NCBI GenBank assembly: GCA_965237675.1
Contig: OZ250150.1
Span: 4,448,001-4,512,000 of the forward strand
DNA from: Candidatus Latescibacterota bacterium
GTDB taxonomy: Bacteria > Latescibacterota > UBA2968 > GCA-2709665
Length of the DNA stretch: 64,000 bases
Direction: 5' to 3'
The notes beneath the pieces were generated by a model. That model saw nothing but the letters and a program-made list of their open reading frames with translations. It was not told where the DNA came from and made no database searches. Position numbers and translations under genes: made by a program. Shown piece after piece: positions 19,846 to 30,641 of this stretch. How positions within the stretch are numbered: position 1 is the stretch's first letter; every line of letters starts with the position of its first letter.

Positions 19846-20199
19846 CTATTGGGGCGGTTGGATCTTGCAGCAACCCGGTAGACCTGCGTAGGCCGCACTG
19901 TCCGCGGGGGCCTGATTCGCCTGATAACCCGCCTGGGCAATCGCCTGTTCCAACTTCATGGTGTCGGTGCGCTTCGCATCGTAGGTCACGTTGACAACCT
20001 TGATATCCATATCAACGTCTACCTCTTCCACGCCATCCACTTTCTTCAAGGCCTTTTCAATCTTATTTGCGCACACCATGCACTGCGCAGTGGGCACGTT
20101 GATTTTCGCCGTGCGGGTTTCCGCCGTGGAACAGGCTGTGACGGCGAGAAAGCAGAACGCGAGCACGTTGGAAAGCAGGACAGAATCGGTCTTGCGCAT
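19846..20199 (-). CDS. Exported heavy-metal-associated (HMA) domain lipoprotein
   Basis: Lipobox-like TAC, CxxC (CMVC), C-terminal LPGCC. Confidence 0.85.
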   Translation of the reverse strand: MRKTDSVLLSNVLAFCFLAVTACSTAETRTAKINVPTAQCMVCANKIEKALKKVDGVEEVDVDMDIKVVNVTYDAKRTDTMKLEQAIAQAGYQANQAPADSAAYAGLPGCCKIQPPQ

Positions 20200-20290
20200 G
20201 GATCAATCTCCTCTGACGAAAGGGAAAATCCGACACTTTCCCGGAACCTGACTCTGGTAACTTCGAATATATGACAACACCTGCCATTAA

Positions 20291-23200
20291 TCAACCCTCA
20301 TCCTTCAACGATCGTCCCTTCCACAACGCGTAAACCACGGGAATCACGATCAGCGTCAGAAGCGCGGACGAAGCGACGCCGCCGACCATCGGCGCCGCAA
20401 TACGCTTCATCGTCTGGGACCCGATCCCGTGCCCCCACATAATTGGCAACAAACCCAGAAATGTCGTCAGCACGGTCATCATTTTCGGCCTGACGCGTTC
20501 CACCGCACCGGCAACAACCGCTCTCCTGAGGTCCGAGGCGTTCATTTCCTCTCCCCGCGCCTTGCGAATGCGATCGTACGCGTGATCAAGGTAGACCAGC
20601 ATGACCACACCGGTCTCGGCCGCAAGACCGCCGAGCGCGATGAATCCGACCCCCACCGCCACGCTCATGTTGTAATTCAGCAGATACATCAACCAGATGC
20701 CGCCCACCATGGCAAAGGGGAGGGACAGCATCACGATGAGACTCTCCGATATGTTTCCAAAGTTGAGATACAAGAGCAGGAGAATGATGCCGAGGGTAAG
20801 CGGCACGACCAGCTTCAACCGCTTCTCCGCCCGCTGCATATACTCGTATTGTCCGCTCCAGATCACCGAATAGCCAGGTGGCATGGGCACCCTCTCCAGC
20901 ACCGCCTGCTGCGCGCGTTTCACATAGGTTCCCACGTCGATGTCGTGGATGTCCACATACACCCATGCGTTCAGCCGCGCATTCTCGCTCTTGATGCCCG
21001 GAGGACCCTTTCGGAAACGGATATCGGCAAGTTGCCCGATCGGTATCTGGGCGCCGGTGGGCGTTGGCACCAGCACGCGCCGCAGCGCAGGCAGGTTGTC
21101 CCGCAGTTCTCTATCGTAACGCAGATTGACCGGGTAGCGTTCCAGTCCCTCCACGGTCGTCGTGATATTCATCCCGCCCAATGCAAACATAATGACGTCC
21201 TGGACGTCGCCAACGGTGAGCCCGTAACGCGCGATCTCCTCGCGGTCGATCTCGAAATCCAGATAGTTTCCGCCCGCCACCCGTTCGGCAAACACGCTCA
21301 GGGTACCCGGCAGATCACGAATCACTTTCTCGATCTGTTCACCGAGGCGCTGCAACACCATCAGATCCTCACCCGCGATCTTGATGCCCACCGGCGTCTT
21401 GATTCCGGTTGACAGCATATCGATTCGCGTCTTGATCGGCATTGTCCACGAATTGGTCAGACCGGGGAACTGAATCGCCCGGTTCAGCCGTTCGATCAAC
21501 CTTTCAGGCGTCATTCCCGGGCGCCACTCACTCTCCGGCTTCAGCGTTATCGTGGTCTCGATCATCGCGAGGGGCGCCGGATCCGTTGCGGTCTCGGCCC
21601 GCCCGATCTTGCCGAATACGTCCTGGACCTCGGGAAACGCCTTGATGATCTTATCCGTCTGCTGAAGCAATTCGCGAGCCTTGGTCACTGAGATTCCCGG
21701 CAGGGTGGTGGGCATGTAGAGAAGGTCACCTTCATAGAGAGGCGGCATGAACTCGGAACCGATCTTATCCAACGGGAACAGGCGGTCCAGCCTTACAAGC
21801 GCCCGATACGCAAGGCTGCGCGGCGCTTCCGAGAACCGATCGAGCACCATGCTCCGGAACGGAAACAGCGAAAGAAACAGAATGGCACCCGCCATTACAA
21901 GCGTCGCCGCCCTGTGCCTCAACACCCACGCAATCACCGGACGATAGATCCAGATGAAGAACCTGCTGCTGGGATTCCGTGCCTCCGGCCGGATTTTTCC
22001 GCGCACAAAAACACTCACCAGCACCGGAACCATCGTGATGGCCAGCAACGCGGCGGCAACCATCGCATATGTCTTGGTATAGGCCAGCGGTTTGAACATC
22101 CGGCCCTCCTGCGCCTGCAGGGTAAACACGGGAAGGAAGGAAACCGCAATCATCAGAAGCGAGTAAAACAACGCGGGCCCGATCTCTTTCGAGGCATCCA
22201 CAATGATCTCCAGATGCCGCTTCCGTCCGTTGTTCTGTTCCAGATGTTTGTGCGCATTCTCGATCATCACGATCGACGCATCGACCATCGCGCCGATGGC
22301 GACCGCGATCCCCCCCAGCGACATGATATTGGAATTCATACCCTGTGTGTACATGACGCCGAATGAGATCAGCACCCCGATCGACAGGGCAAAAACCGCG
22401 ACAAATGCGCTGCGAAAATGCAACAGGAACACGACGCAGACAAGCGCCACCACCGCCATTTCCTCGATCAGCTTGGTTCGCAGATTGCCGACGGCGCGGC
22501 GTATCAGCGCGGACCGATCGTAGGCCGGCTTTATCGAAACGCCTTCGGGCAAACCGGGTTTGAGCGATTCGATTTTCACCTTGACCCGGTCGATCACGGC
22601 CAGCGCGTTTTCGCCGTAGCGCATGACGACAATCCCGCCCACGACCTCACCTTCGCCGTTCCATTCAGCCAGGCCGCGACGCAACTCCGGACCTATGCCG
22701 ACGGTGGCGACATCTCGGACCCGGATCGGCGTGCCCCGGGCATCGACCCCCACCGCGATATTTCGGATATCCTCCAGCGATCGAATATAACCCAGCCCAC
22801 GTACCATAAACTCGGTTTCCCCGAATTCCAGGGTTCGCCCACCCACGTCGTTGTTGCTCCGGCGGATTGCCTGTTGGATCCTCTGCAACGGGATATTGTA
22901 TGCCAGCAGCCGGTTCGGATCTACCGTTACCTGATACTGCTTCACATAACCCCCAACGGCGGCGACCTCCGCCACGCCCGGTACGCTGCTGAGTTCGTAA
23001 CGCAGGTACCAGTCCTGGATGGATCGCAGTTCCGAAAGATCACGGCGCCCGGTGCTGTCAACCAGAACGTATTCGTACACCCATCCGACCCCCGTCGCAT
23101 CCGGCCCGAGCCGCGGCGCGACCCCCCGCGGCAACCGATTCGACACGGTGTTCAGCGCTTCCAGAACCCGGCTCCTGGCCCAGTACATATCCGTGCCATC

Positions 23201-23494
23201 CTCGAATATCACATAAACGAACGACAGCCCGAAGAAGGAAAATCCTCGCACGACCTTCGCGTGGGGTACCGCCAGCATCGCCGAGGTGAGCGGGTAGGTT
23301 ACCTGATCCTCCACCACACGCGGCGCCTGCCCCGGATATTCGGTCAGTACGATCACCTGCACGTCCGACAGATCCGGGATCGCATCGAGGGGCGTGTTAA
23401 ACATCGCGTAGACGCCCCAGGCGATCGCGAACACGGTGGCCAGCGCGATCACAACACGGTTTCGAAGACTGAGTTCAATGATTCGACCGATCAT
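20291..23494 (-). CDS. cusA: CusA-family heavy-metal RND efflux permease
   Basis: LDAIPDLSDVQV, GPDATGVGW, GSEFMPPLYEG and RIDMLSTG motifs. Confidence 0.95.
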   Translation of the reverse strand: MIGRIIELSLRNRVVIALATVFAIAWGVYAMFNTPLDAIPDLSDVQVIVLTEYPGQAPRVVEDQVTYPLTSAMLAVPHAKVVRGFSFFGLSFVYVIFEDGTDMYWARSRVLEALNTVSNRLPRGVAPRLGPDATGVGWVYEYVLVDSTGRRDLSELRSIQDWYLRYELSSVPGVAEVAAVGGYVKQYQVTVDPNRLLAYNIPLQRIQQAIRRSNNDVGGRTLEFGETEFMVRGLGYIRSLEDIRNIAVGVDARGTPIRVRDVATVGIGPELRRGLAEWNGEGEVVGGIVVMRYGENALAVIDRVKVKIESLKPGLPEGVSIKPAYDRSALIRRAVGNLRTKLIEEMAVVALVCVVFLLHFRSAFVAVFALSIGVLISFGVMYTQGMNSNIMSLGGIAVAIGAMVDASIVMIENAHKHLEQNNGRKRHLEIIVDASKEIGPALFYSLLMIAVSFLPVFTLQAQEGRMFKPLAYTKTYAMVAAALLAITMVPVLVSVFVRGKIRPEARNPSSRFFIWIYRPVIAWVLRHRAATLVMAGAILFLSLFPFRSMVLDRFSEAPRSLAYRALVRLDRLFPLDKIGSEFMPPLYEGDLLYMPTTLPGISVTKARELLQQTDKIIKAFPEVQDVFGKIGRAETATDPAPLAMIETTITLKPESEWRPGMTPERLIERLNRAIQFPGLTNSWTMPIKTRIDMLSTGIKTPVGIKIAGEDLMVLQRLGEQIEKVIRDLPGTLSVFAERVAGGNYLDFEIDREEIARYGLTVGDVQDVIMFALGGMNITTTVEGLERYPVNLRYDRELRDNLPALRRVLVPTPTGAQIPIGQLADIRFRKGPPGIKSENARLNAWVYVDIHDIDVGTYVKRAQQAVLERVPMPPGYSVIWSGQYEYMQRAEKRLKLVVPLTLGIILLLLYLNFGNISESLIVMLSLPFAMVGGIWLMYLLNYNMSVAVGVGFIALGGLAAETGVVMLVYLDHAYDRIRKARGEEMNASDLRRAVVAGAVERVRPKMMTVLTTFLGLLPIMWGHGIGSQTMKRIAAPMVGGVASSALLTLIVIPVVYALWKGRSLKDEG

Positions 23495-23582
23495 TCCACG
23501 AACCCTTGCTTGACATTCAGGATTGAAAATGTGAAAGAAACGCCTCTGTTCGGCTCAGGACAATTTGAACCCATCTCCTGTC

Positions 23583-24866
23583 TTAATGCCGATGTCCCTT
23601 ACGCTCCGACTCTCCCTGGTGCCCGCCCATGGTCGCCAGCGCCGCCTGCAGATTGCTCTCCGAGTCGATCAGAAACTGTGACGAAATGACGATTCGCTCG
23701 TCTCCGCGCAGCCCCGCGGTTACCTCGTAGACATCGCCCGTTTCGACCCCCAGCGTCACCTCACGCGGCGCGAAACGGCCCTCGCCCAGATCCAGGATCA
23801 CCACGTTTCGTTCGCCGGATCGGATCACCGCCTGCGCCGGAACCACCACGGCCTTCTTCGCAACCTCTGACCGGATCCTCACGGTGGCGAACATCTCGGG
23901 CTTCAGTTCCAGATCCGGGTTGTCGAATATCATCCGTACTTTCGCAGTGCGAGTCTTCGGTTCCAGGAACGGGTAGATGTAGGACACCACCCCTTCGAAC
24001 ACGCGCCCGGGCGCGTACGAAAGCACAACCTCGACCGCCTGCCCCTTCCTGATCCATGGCAACTCGTATTCGTAGATATCCGCATAAACCCATACCCGGG
24101 AAAGATCGACAATACGATAGAGATGCTCGCCGGCTTTGATATATGAGCCGTCGTAGACGGCTCGATGCACCACCACGCCCTCCTGGGGGGAATGGATCGT
24201 CATCGTTCGCTTTGTCTGGCGTGTCGCTTCCAATTCGACGATCTGCGTTTCCGTGATGTCCCAGTAGAGCAATCGCTGCCTGGCCGCACCGAGCAGTGCC
24301 CCGGCTCCCTTCAATGCTTCCGGCGAAGCGTTCTCCTCGAGGCGCCCGGCATAATCCAGCGCCGTCAGATACTCCTCCTGCGCGGCTACCAGTTCGGGAC
24401 TATAGATCTGCAGCAATGGCTGGCCCTTTTTCACCGCCTGTCCCGTGAAATCCACAAACAAGCCCTCCACCCAGCCGGTCACCTTCGTGTTCACGTCCGT
24501 CATCCGGGTCTCGTCGTAATCCACGCGTCCGAGGGCACGCACGGTCCGGCTCAACCCCCGCCGTTCCACCCGTGCGGTCCTCACTCCCATATTCTGAACC
24601 GTTGCCGGATTTATCCGGACCTCGGCAACCTCCGCTCCGTGGCCGCCTTCGTGCCCCGACCCTCCCGGCTGATCCGGTACCAGGTCCATTCCACAGACCG
24701 GGCAGCTTCCGGGCCTATTCGACACGACCGTGGGATGCATCGGGCACCGGTATACAGCCGTTTCCGTTTCCTTGGATTCTGAGCCGTCATCTCCACCCAG
24801 CCATATCCCAACCACAAATCCAACGCCCAGGGCGAGAATCACCGCAGCAATTGTCTTCGGATACAT
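23583..24866 (-). CDS. cusB: CusB-family membrane fusion protein with heavy-metal-binding domain
   Basis: YRCPMHP...CPVCGMDLVP, YSPELVAAQEEY, QFLIDSESNL. Confidence 0.93.
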   Translation of the reverse strand: MYPKTIAAVILALGVGFVVGIWLGGDDGSESKETETAVYRCPMHPTVVSNRPGSCPVCGMDLVPDQPGGSGHEGGHGAEVAEVRINPATVQNMGVRTARVERRGLSRTVRALGRVDYDETRMTDVNTKVTGWVEGLFVDFTGQAVKKGQPLLQIYSPELVAAQEEYLTALDYAGRLEENASPEALKGAGALLGAARQRLLYWDITETQIVELEATRQTKRTMTIHSPQEGVVVHRAVYDGSYIKAGEHLYRIVDLSRVWVYADIYEYELPWIRKGQAVEVVLSYAPGRVFEGVVSYIYPFLEPKTRTAKVRMIFDNPDLELKPEMFATVRIRSEVAKKAVVVPAQAVIRSGERNVVILDLGEGRFAPREVTLGVETGDVYEVTAGLRGDERIVISSQFLIDSESNLQAALATMGGHQGESERKGHRH

Positions 24867-24884
24867 AAACCGACCTTTCTTTCT

Positions 24885-26195
24885 TCACCGTGCGTGCGGT
24901 CGTCGGAAGCACGCACGATATCCAGACGGGATCAAGAACAGGCGTTTGCCCACAACCGCTTCGAGTTCCGCCAGCTTTTTCTCGCGTTGAATGACGTGCC
25001 GGTAGTATTCAATCTCAAAATTGAAGAGTGAAACCTGGTTATTCAACAGGGTCAGAAAGTCCACTTTGTCCACCTGGTATCCGGTCATTGCGGATTCCAG
25101 CGACTGCTGCGCCTGAGGCAGAATGGCGGTGCGAAACAGCTCGGCCTCCCTCCAATGCTGTTCGATTTCCAGGTAGATCTCCTCCACCCTGAACAGAATC
25201 TCCCGGCTTGCATCCTCTTTTTGCGCCTGGCCCATTCGTACCTGAGCCCGCGCCTCGGCAACCTGGGAATCCCTTTTCCTTCCGTTGAAGATCGGGAGGT
25301 TCAGGCCCACGCCGAACGACAGAAAATCACTGCCCTCTACCGGATCCGATCCGACGGGAGCACGCTGCCGATATCCGAGAAGGAACGTCAGGTGTGGCCG
25401 GCCAGCCCGTCGCGCGGCCTGTTCGGCTGCCGTCCACCTGGAAATGGTCTGGTCGATTTCTTTCAGCAGCGGGCGATGGGCCATGGCATGCCGTCTTATT
25501 TCTTCCAACGACAGATCCAGAGACTCTGGCCTCACTTCATCGGGTGTGTCCACGGTCGTCCGCAGGGGTCTATTGATCACCCGGTTGAGCCGTATCTGCG
25601 CCAGCCGGCGCTCCGTCTTCAGCCTGATCAACCGATCCTTCAACGCCGAAAGCGATACATGCGCCTTCAAAACATCCTGCTGCAGACCTCGGCCCACCAC
25701 GTACTTAGTCTGGGCAATGCGGATCAGATCCTGGAGCAAGGCCCGGTTCTTTCCCGTCACTTCAATTGCCCGGTCAAGGAATGCCAGCGCATAGTATCCC
25801 TGTTTCACAAGATTGACGATCGCGCCCTCCCTGTCCGAGAGAACCTCCCTGGCCGCCCCGGCAGCGTATTCCGCCGCCTGTTCCCTGGCGTTGAGCAGGC
25901 CTGGAAGGGGAATCCGCTGGCTTACCGTCAACTGCTTCCCGGACATCGGCGTACTGTCGAAATCGAGGTGACTGGTCGGTACGTTCATCAGATCCAGACG
26001 CAGCATTGGATCTTCCAGCGCGCCCGCCTGAGGCACCCTGGCTTCAAATGCCGCCAATCGGTGTTCCAGGACCTTCAACCCGGTATTCCTGGTCAGTGCG
26101 GAATCAATCAGCCCTTCCAGGTCCGGCGCCCCGGCACCGGCGATATGGGGCGCCTGCGCCAGACACACGCCAATGAATATCAGGAATCGCTTCAT
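24885..26195 (-). CDS. TolC/CusC-family outer membrane efflux protein
   Basis: Signal peptide, ALEDPML, LPQA.QSL...GYQV..VDFLTLL; operon position. Confidence 0.88.
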   Translation of the reverse strand: MKRFLIFIGVCLAQAPHIAGAGAPDLEGLIDSALTRNTGLKVLEHRLAAFEARVPQAGALEDPMLRLDLMNVPTSHLDFDSTPMSGKQLTVSQRIPLPGLLNAREQAAEYAAGAAREVLSDREGAIVNLVKQGYYALAFLDRAIEVTGKNRALLQDLIRIAQTKYVVGRGLQQDVLKAHVSLSALKDRLIRLKTERRLAQIRLNRVINRPLRTTVDTPDEVRPESLDLSLEEIRRHAMAHRPLLKEIDQTISRWTAAEQAARRAGRPHLTFLLGYRQRAPVGSDPVEGSDFLSFGVGLNLPIFNGRKRDSQVAEARAQVRMGQAQKEDASREILFRVEEIYLEIEQHWREAELFRTAILPQAQQSLESAMTGYQVDKVDFLTLLNNQVSLFNFEIEYYRHVIQREKKLAELEAVVGKRLFLIPSGYRACFRRPHAR

Positions 26196-26355
26196 GGCAG
26201 GTCACCTCCCTGACTGGAAAACATGGAAACGCAAAACACAGAGTCGCACACTCATGGCGAAGCCAAGGGATTCGCCGCGTGCGATTGAGGTTCGAACCAA
26301 CAACAAAACGGGGAAAAATCGAAAATGCCGCGGGAGACGCGGACAAGGCGGGAAA

Positions 26356-26718
26356 TCAGATCAGAAACGACGTCTTCATCAGATACAGCGCGGGAAATAT
26401 ATGGGCCGGTACGGATTGAGACCCGTGCTCGCGGCCCAGACGCGAAGAGAGAACCTCCTGGGAGCGGGCCAATTGCGTCGCCGCCTGGGAATCGGGACCC
26501 GAAACCCTGGGACTCGTGGCCGCCATGACCGGAGGAAGGACGGGAGAGACGTCGGTTACCCTGCTGTCCTTCTCGGCGCAACAGCAGTCCGTAGTGGCCG
26601 TCTGTACGTGGCAGACATCAACCTGAACGGACATCCCGCACAGGCATTGGATGGCAGAAAGAACAAAGCCGACGGCCAGACATGTGATGGAGAGTGCGCG
26701 AATCACGACATGCCTCAC
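26356..26718 (-). CDS. Small Cys-rich exported protein at the head of the cus operon
   Basis: Hydrophobic N-terminus, CLC, CH, DCCC, C-terminal PALYLM...FLI. Confidence 0.55.
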   Translation of the reverse strand: MRHVVIRALSITCLAVGFVLSAIQCLCGMSVQVDVCHVQTATTDCCCAEKDSRVTDVSPVLPPVMAATSPRVSGPDSQAATQLARSQEVLSSRLGREHGSQSVPAHIFPALYLMKTSFLI

Positions 26719-26729
26719 ACATAAGGTTG

Positions 26730-26768
26730 GTCTGTCAGAATTAACGGTACTTTATATACGTCTGTCAA
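26730..26768 (-). promoter_or_regulatory. cus operon promoter region with direct repeat
   Basis: TTGACA at 26768-26763; TGACAGAC repeated 30 bp apart. Confidence 0.4.
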
Positions 26769-26956
26769 GCCCAGTTGTTCAAAAAAAGCCCGGTCCAGCG
26801 TGAAATCGGCCGGCGGCGAGCCCCCGTACCCGCGGCCTGCCCGGATACGTCGAAACACACAGGGGCGCGAATGCGTGGAATCCACAATCCTCCCGATGGC
26901 CGCCAATTCGCCGGCCCGGGGGATGCGGCACGGGGTTTGAAAACGGGGCTGAGGCC

Positions 26957-28156
26957 TCACCCGGCCCGCTGGAAGGGCTTCCAGGCTTCGCCGGCCGCTG
27001 CGGCCTGACGCTCCAACCCGCTACGCCAGCCCACCACGTCCCCGGCCTTGATTCTCCGGACGTCATAGGAGGCGTACCGGTCTTCGAGCGTATCGCCGAG
27101 CTTTTGCGTTTCGGCCCATCGGTCCCACGCCGTTTTCATCCACTCGCAGGGCAAAGCGTCTCGCGCCTCCGGATCGAGTTGCCACGCGCTTCGCGCGTCG
27201 GCCACTGCCGGCTCATCCGTGAACGGCCCGGACCACCTGGACCAGCCGATGGATAGTGTGTTTCGCTCACGTTCGGGGACGGTGTGACCCGTGTGAATGG
27301 TCGTGCCGTTGCGAATGAGGGCTTCGCCCGCCCTGAGTCGGATCGCAACCTGGTCCGGCAACGGATCCGTGCCGTTCCAACTGGGTGTGTAGGGAACACC
27401 CTGGTCTTTCATCGCCTTGGGAAGGAGCACGTCGTGTTCGAGCGGCGTGCGCCATCGATCGTGGCTGCCAGGGATGAGTTCGTGACATTCATCGTCGACC
27501 AGCGCCAGGAACATGCTCACGCCCTTTCGATCCGATATCGTTTTTGCGTTGTTCGCGCGAATCTCCTCCCAGCGTTTCCGCTCAACCTCCTCCGTGTATG
27601 CTTCGGGTCCCTCGCCGCGGATCTCGCGTTGGGAGAAGTAGGGCTTCCCGGTACCCCACCACGTGACGTCCCGGTGCCATCCGAGGGCGTTTTCCGCCTG
27701 GCGGGGGTTGCACCACAAAAGCAAGCCGCTAAACGTCAGATCCTCGGGTAGGAGCCCATCGCACCACGATTGGACAAAGTCCAGGAAATCGGTAGAGCCG
27801 TGAAACTCCGCGAAACACGGCTCATCGAAGGCGGGATGTACCAAACCGCGAATCGCCCACGGCTCGTCCGCACCGGTCCGGTGGACGTATCCACGGGAGC
27901 AGTCGATCTTGCCATAGCCGTTGGATGGCGCGCACGCCTCCGTAACCCGGCGCCCCGCTTTGCGGAGGACCGGGATCCAGGGATTGTCGACGAAGTCGTT
28001 GATGATGACGAATCCGTGCTCCTTCAGGTGTGCAAGGCGCTCGGGCGTGGCCCCCGGCGCCGACAACTCCGGCATGGCGTCGGCGAAGGCAGACGCCCTG
28101 TAGGACGTTTCCGACGCACCAGCCGCGCTCGTGGAGGACGATTGGTCGGGCTTCAT
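26957..28156 (-). CDS. Phytanoyl-CoA dioxygenase (PhyH)-like Fe(II)/2OG enzyme
   Basis: GFVII, WHRD, IPGSH, GEALI...TIHTG. Confidence 0.75.
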   Translation of the reverse strand: MKPDQSSSTSAAGASETSYRASAFADAMPELSAPGATPERLAHLKEHGFVIINDFVDNPWIPVLRKAGRRVTEACAPSNGYGKIDCSRGYVHRTGADEPWAIRGLVHPAFDEPCFAEFHGSTDFLDFVQSWCDGLLPEDLTFSGLLLWCNPRQAENALGWHRDVTWWGTGKPYFSQREIRGEGPEAYTEEVERKRWEEIRANNAKTISDRKGVSMFLALVDDECHELIPGSHDRWRTPLEHDVLLPKAMKDQGVPYTPSWNGTDPLPDQVAIRLRAGEALIRNGTTIHTGHTVPERERNTLSIGWSRWSGPFTDEPAVADARSAWQLDPEARDALPCEWMKTAWDRWAETQKLGDTLEDRYASYDVRRIKAGDVVGWRSGLERQAAAAGEAWKPFQRAG

Positions 28157-28168
28157 TTGAACTCCTTT

Positions 28169-28222
28169 CAGGATCAGGATTTGGACCAGGATTTTCAGGA
28201 TTTAGACCAGGATGTACAGGAT
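28169..28222 (+). repeat. Six CAGGAT units in a ~21-nt periodic array
   Basis: CAGGAT at 28169, 28175, 28187, 28196, 28208 and 28217. Confidence 0.8.
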
Positions 28223-28554
28223 TAAAACCTGTTATTCACTGTCATTCTTCCGTCCTTGCAATCCTTATACAATTATACGGTATGTACCCGACCGGATTTT
28301 GTCAATAGCAATATCCGCAGTACTTCCCCGGGTGGAACTGAAAAACAGAATACGAAATCCGGGCAACGGTTTACAAAATTCTCGACCATCCGGTGAATTG
28401 TCCGTATATTTGAGTTTTCATGCCGGTGCATCCGGCGAATACGACACCGGTGCGCCTTCACCCCCGCCGCCAGGTTCCGTACCTGGCCACAATCGTGTCC
28501 CGCGGGGTTGACGAATCCGGAATTCCACGGAGCCCATCCACCGGGGAAGCAGGT

Positions 28555-30477
28555 GTGTACCGAATCTTTTCAGCGTTCTGTTTGATCTGGTTTGTCTCCG
28601 TCGCTCATCCTGCGGCTGGGCCACCATCGATCCCACAACCCGGCCGCGGAGAAATCGAGACCCAATTCGAAACGGCGCTTGGCGACTACGCAAACGGAAC
28701 CTATCGCAAGGCGAAACGGGCTTTCCAGAGGTTGGCCAAGACCGTACCGGCTCACCATCGCTCGTCCGCCGCACGGTTGATGCTGGCCAAATCGCTGTAC
28801 AAACTCAAGGAGTACAACCAGGCAATTGCCGCCGCGACCGGGCTCTATGAAGCCTTCCCCAATAGCCGGTATCTCCCGGAAGCCGACTTGATTGTTGGCG
28901 ACTGCAAATTTCGGCAGGGCCAGATCTACCGGGCCGCAACCCACTACGCCCACGTGGTCACCGGGAGAGGAGACTTGCGCCTGAAGGCCAGAGCAGCGGA
29001 TCGATTGGGGCAACTCGCCGGGGCAGGGCGCATCACTCCCGGTGATATCACTCGCCTTCAAGGCGATTTCGGCCGCGCGACCATCGACGAGGCCATCGCC
29101 TTCGGCCGGGCGCGCTGGCCGCTGAAACACGACTGGGCCGAGCCATCCGAAAATGCGATGGCCCGATTTCTGAAACAGTATCCCAACGGAATCTTCGCGG
29201 CGCTGGTGCACAGAACACCCCCGCAATCGGGGCGCCCTCCGCCGACCGTGGCAGAGGCGCAGCCGGCACCTCGCGCGGAAGCTCCGGAAGAACCGACCGA
29301 TGCGCACTACACAATCGGCCTGATCGCGCCATTGGCAAGCCCCCTGGGGAAGGACATGATAGACGGTGTTCTGCTTGCCAGAGAACTCCGCCCACTCAAA
29401 TCCGGAGTGCAGGTTGCCCTCGTCTTCAAGGACTCGGGAGGCAGCCCGGTACGCGCGATCAAGGCCGCCCAGAGTCTCATCGAAGAACACGGTGTGATTG
29501 CCATTATCGGCGCCCTGACGAGCGCAGAGACCCTTCCCATTGCCGCGCTGGCCGGCCCCCATAAAGTCCCGCTGATTGCGCCCACGGCCTCGGAAGACGG
29601 ACTTGCCTCCCTGAGCCCCTTCGTTTTTCAGGTCAACGCCACTCCCGGGGCTCAGGGCCGCCGAATTGCCGACTACGCGGTCCGGGAGCTGGGCCTGCGC
29701 ACGCTGGCTTCGCTGGCTGCGCGGGATTCCTACGGGGAACGGATCGCCAAAGAGTTCACTGCCCGTGCGGAAGAACTGGGTTCAGAGGTCATTGTCCAGA
29801 CGTGGTACGAACCCGGCACAACCGACTACCGGGGCCAGTTGAAACGCATCCGGGACGCCGGACTGGCGCTGCACCCGCCCGCAATCCTGGCGGATGAAAT
29901 GGACTCCCTGCTTCTGGGGAGTATCCGTCTGGCGCCACCGCCCCCGGTTATCGTCGATCCCGACACGGTGCAGCCGGAACCGGTGCGTACGTTGGAAGGC
30001 CTGCTTATCGCCGGGGGAAAGGACGAGGTGCTTCTGATCGCGCCCCAGATTGCCTTCCATCGCATCCATGCGCGGTTGCTGGGCGGCGACGGCTGGAACC
30101 ACCATGCCGTCGCGAGAAATTCCTATACGGACGGCGCGGTCTTTGTCGCCAAATATTCCACACGTAGCAATATGGTCTCCGTACATGAGTTCCTGGGCGC
30201 ATTCAGGGAACGGTTCAATCGAGATCAGGGCATTGCGGCCGCGCTGGGATATGACGCTATGACAGCTGTTTTAACCGCCATCGACAGGGGCGGTACGTCT
30301 CGGCAGCGGCTTCAGACCGCTCTTGAAAATCTGGACGACATGCCCGGCGCCACCGGGAAGATCTCCTTCAGCAAAGGCAATCGTGAAAATGCCTGGATGT
30401 ACATACTGACCATCCGCGACGGAAAGCTCCGACTCCTCTCCGACGACCGCACGGACGATGCCACGTCCAAACCCTGA
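28555..30477 (+). CDS. TPR plus type-1 periplasmic-binding-fold protein (LppC/LpoA-like)
   Basis: Signal peptide, BamD-like TPRs, IGLIAPL...D..G...AIIGAL, AALGYDA, GATG.ISF; start uncertain (28420 or 28555). Confidence 0.75.
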   Translation: MYRIFSAFCLIWFVSVAHPAAGPPSIPQPGRGEIETQFETALGDYANGTYRKAKRAFQRLAKTVPAHHRSSAARLMLAKSLYKLKEYNQAIAAATGLYEAFPNSRYLPEADLIVGDCKFRQGQIYRAATHYAHVVTGRGDLRLKARAADRLGQLAGAGRITPGDITRLQGDFGRATIDEAIAFGRARWPLKHDWAEPSENAMARFLKQYPNGIFAALVHRTPPQSGRPPPTVAEAQPAPRAEAPEEPTDAHYTIGLIAPLASPLGKDMIDGVLLARELRPLKSGVQVALVFKDSGGSPVRAIKAAQSLIEEHGVIAIIGALTSAETLPIAALAGPHKVPLIAPTASEDGLASLSPFVFQVNATPGAQGRRIADYAVRELGLRTLASLAARDSYGERIAKEFTARAEELGSEVIVQTWYEPGTTDYRGQLKRIRDAGLALHPPAILADEMDSLLLGSIRLAPPPPVIVDPDTVQPEPVRTLEGLLIAGGKDEVLLIAPQIAFHRIHARLLGGDGWNHHAVARNSYTDGAVFVAKYSTRSNMVSVHEFLGAFRERFNRDQGIAAALGYDAMTAVLTAIDRGGTSRQRLQTALENLDDMPGATGKISFSKGNRENAWMYILTIRDGKLRLLSDDRTDDATSKP

Positions 30478-30641
30478 TCGCCCCTACCCGAAAAATTCCT
30501 CCTCGCGCCAGTTTCGGCTTCCCCCTGGCATTCCTATTGCATTGGTTTCAGCAAACGACGGCCAGACGTAACATCAACGGCAGTCGGATCGCTTGTTACC
30601 GATTCTTTTATATGCAATAGACATGTCCGGGGAGTCAGTCC

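Noticed and set aside
28169-28222. Possible CRISPR array
   Set aside because: Units are 6-21 nt with no unique spacers, and there are no cas genes in the window
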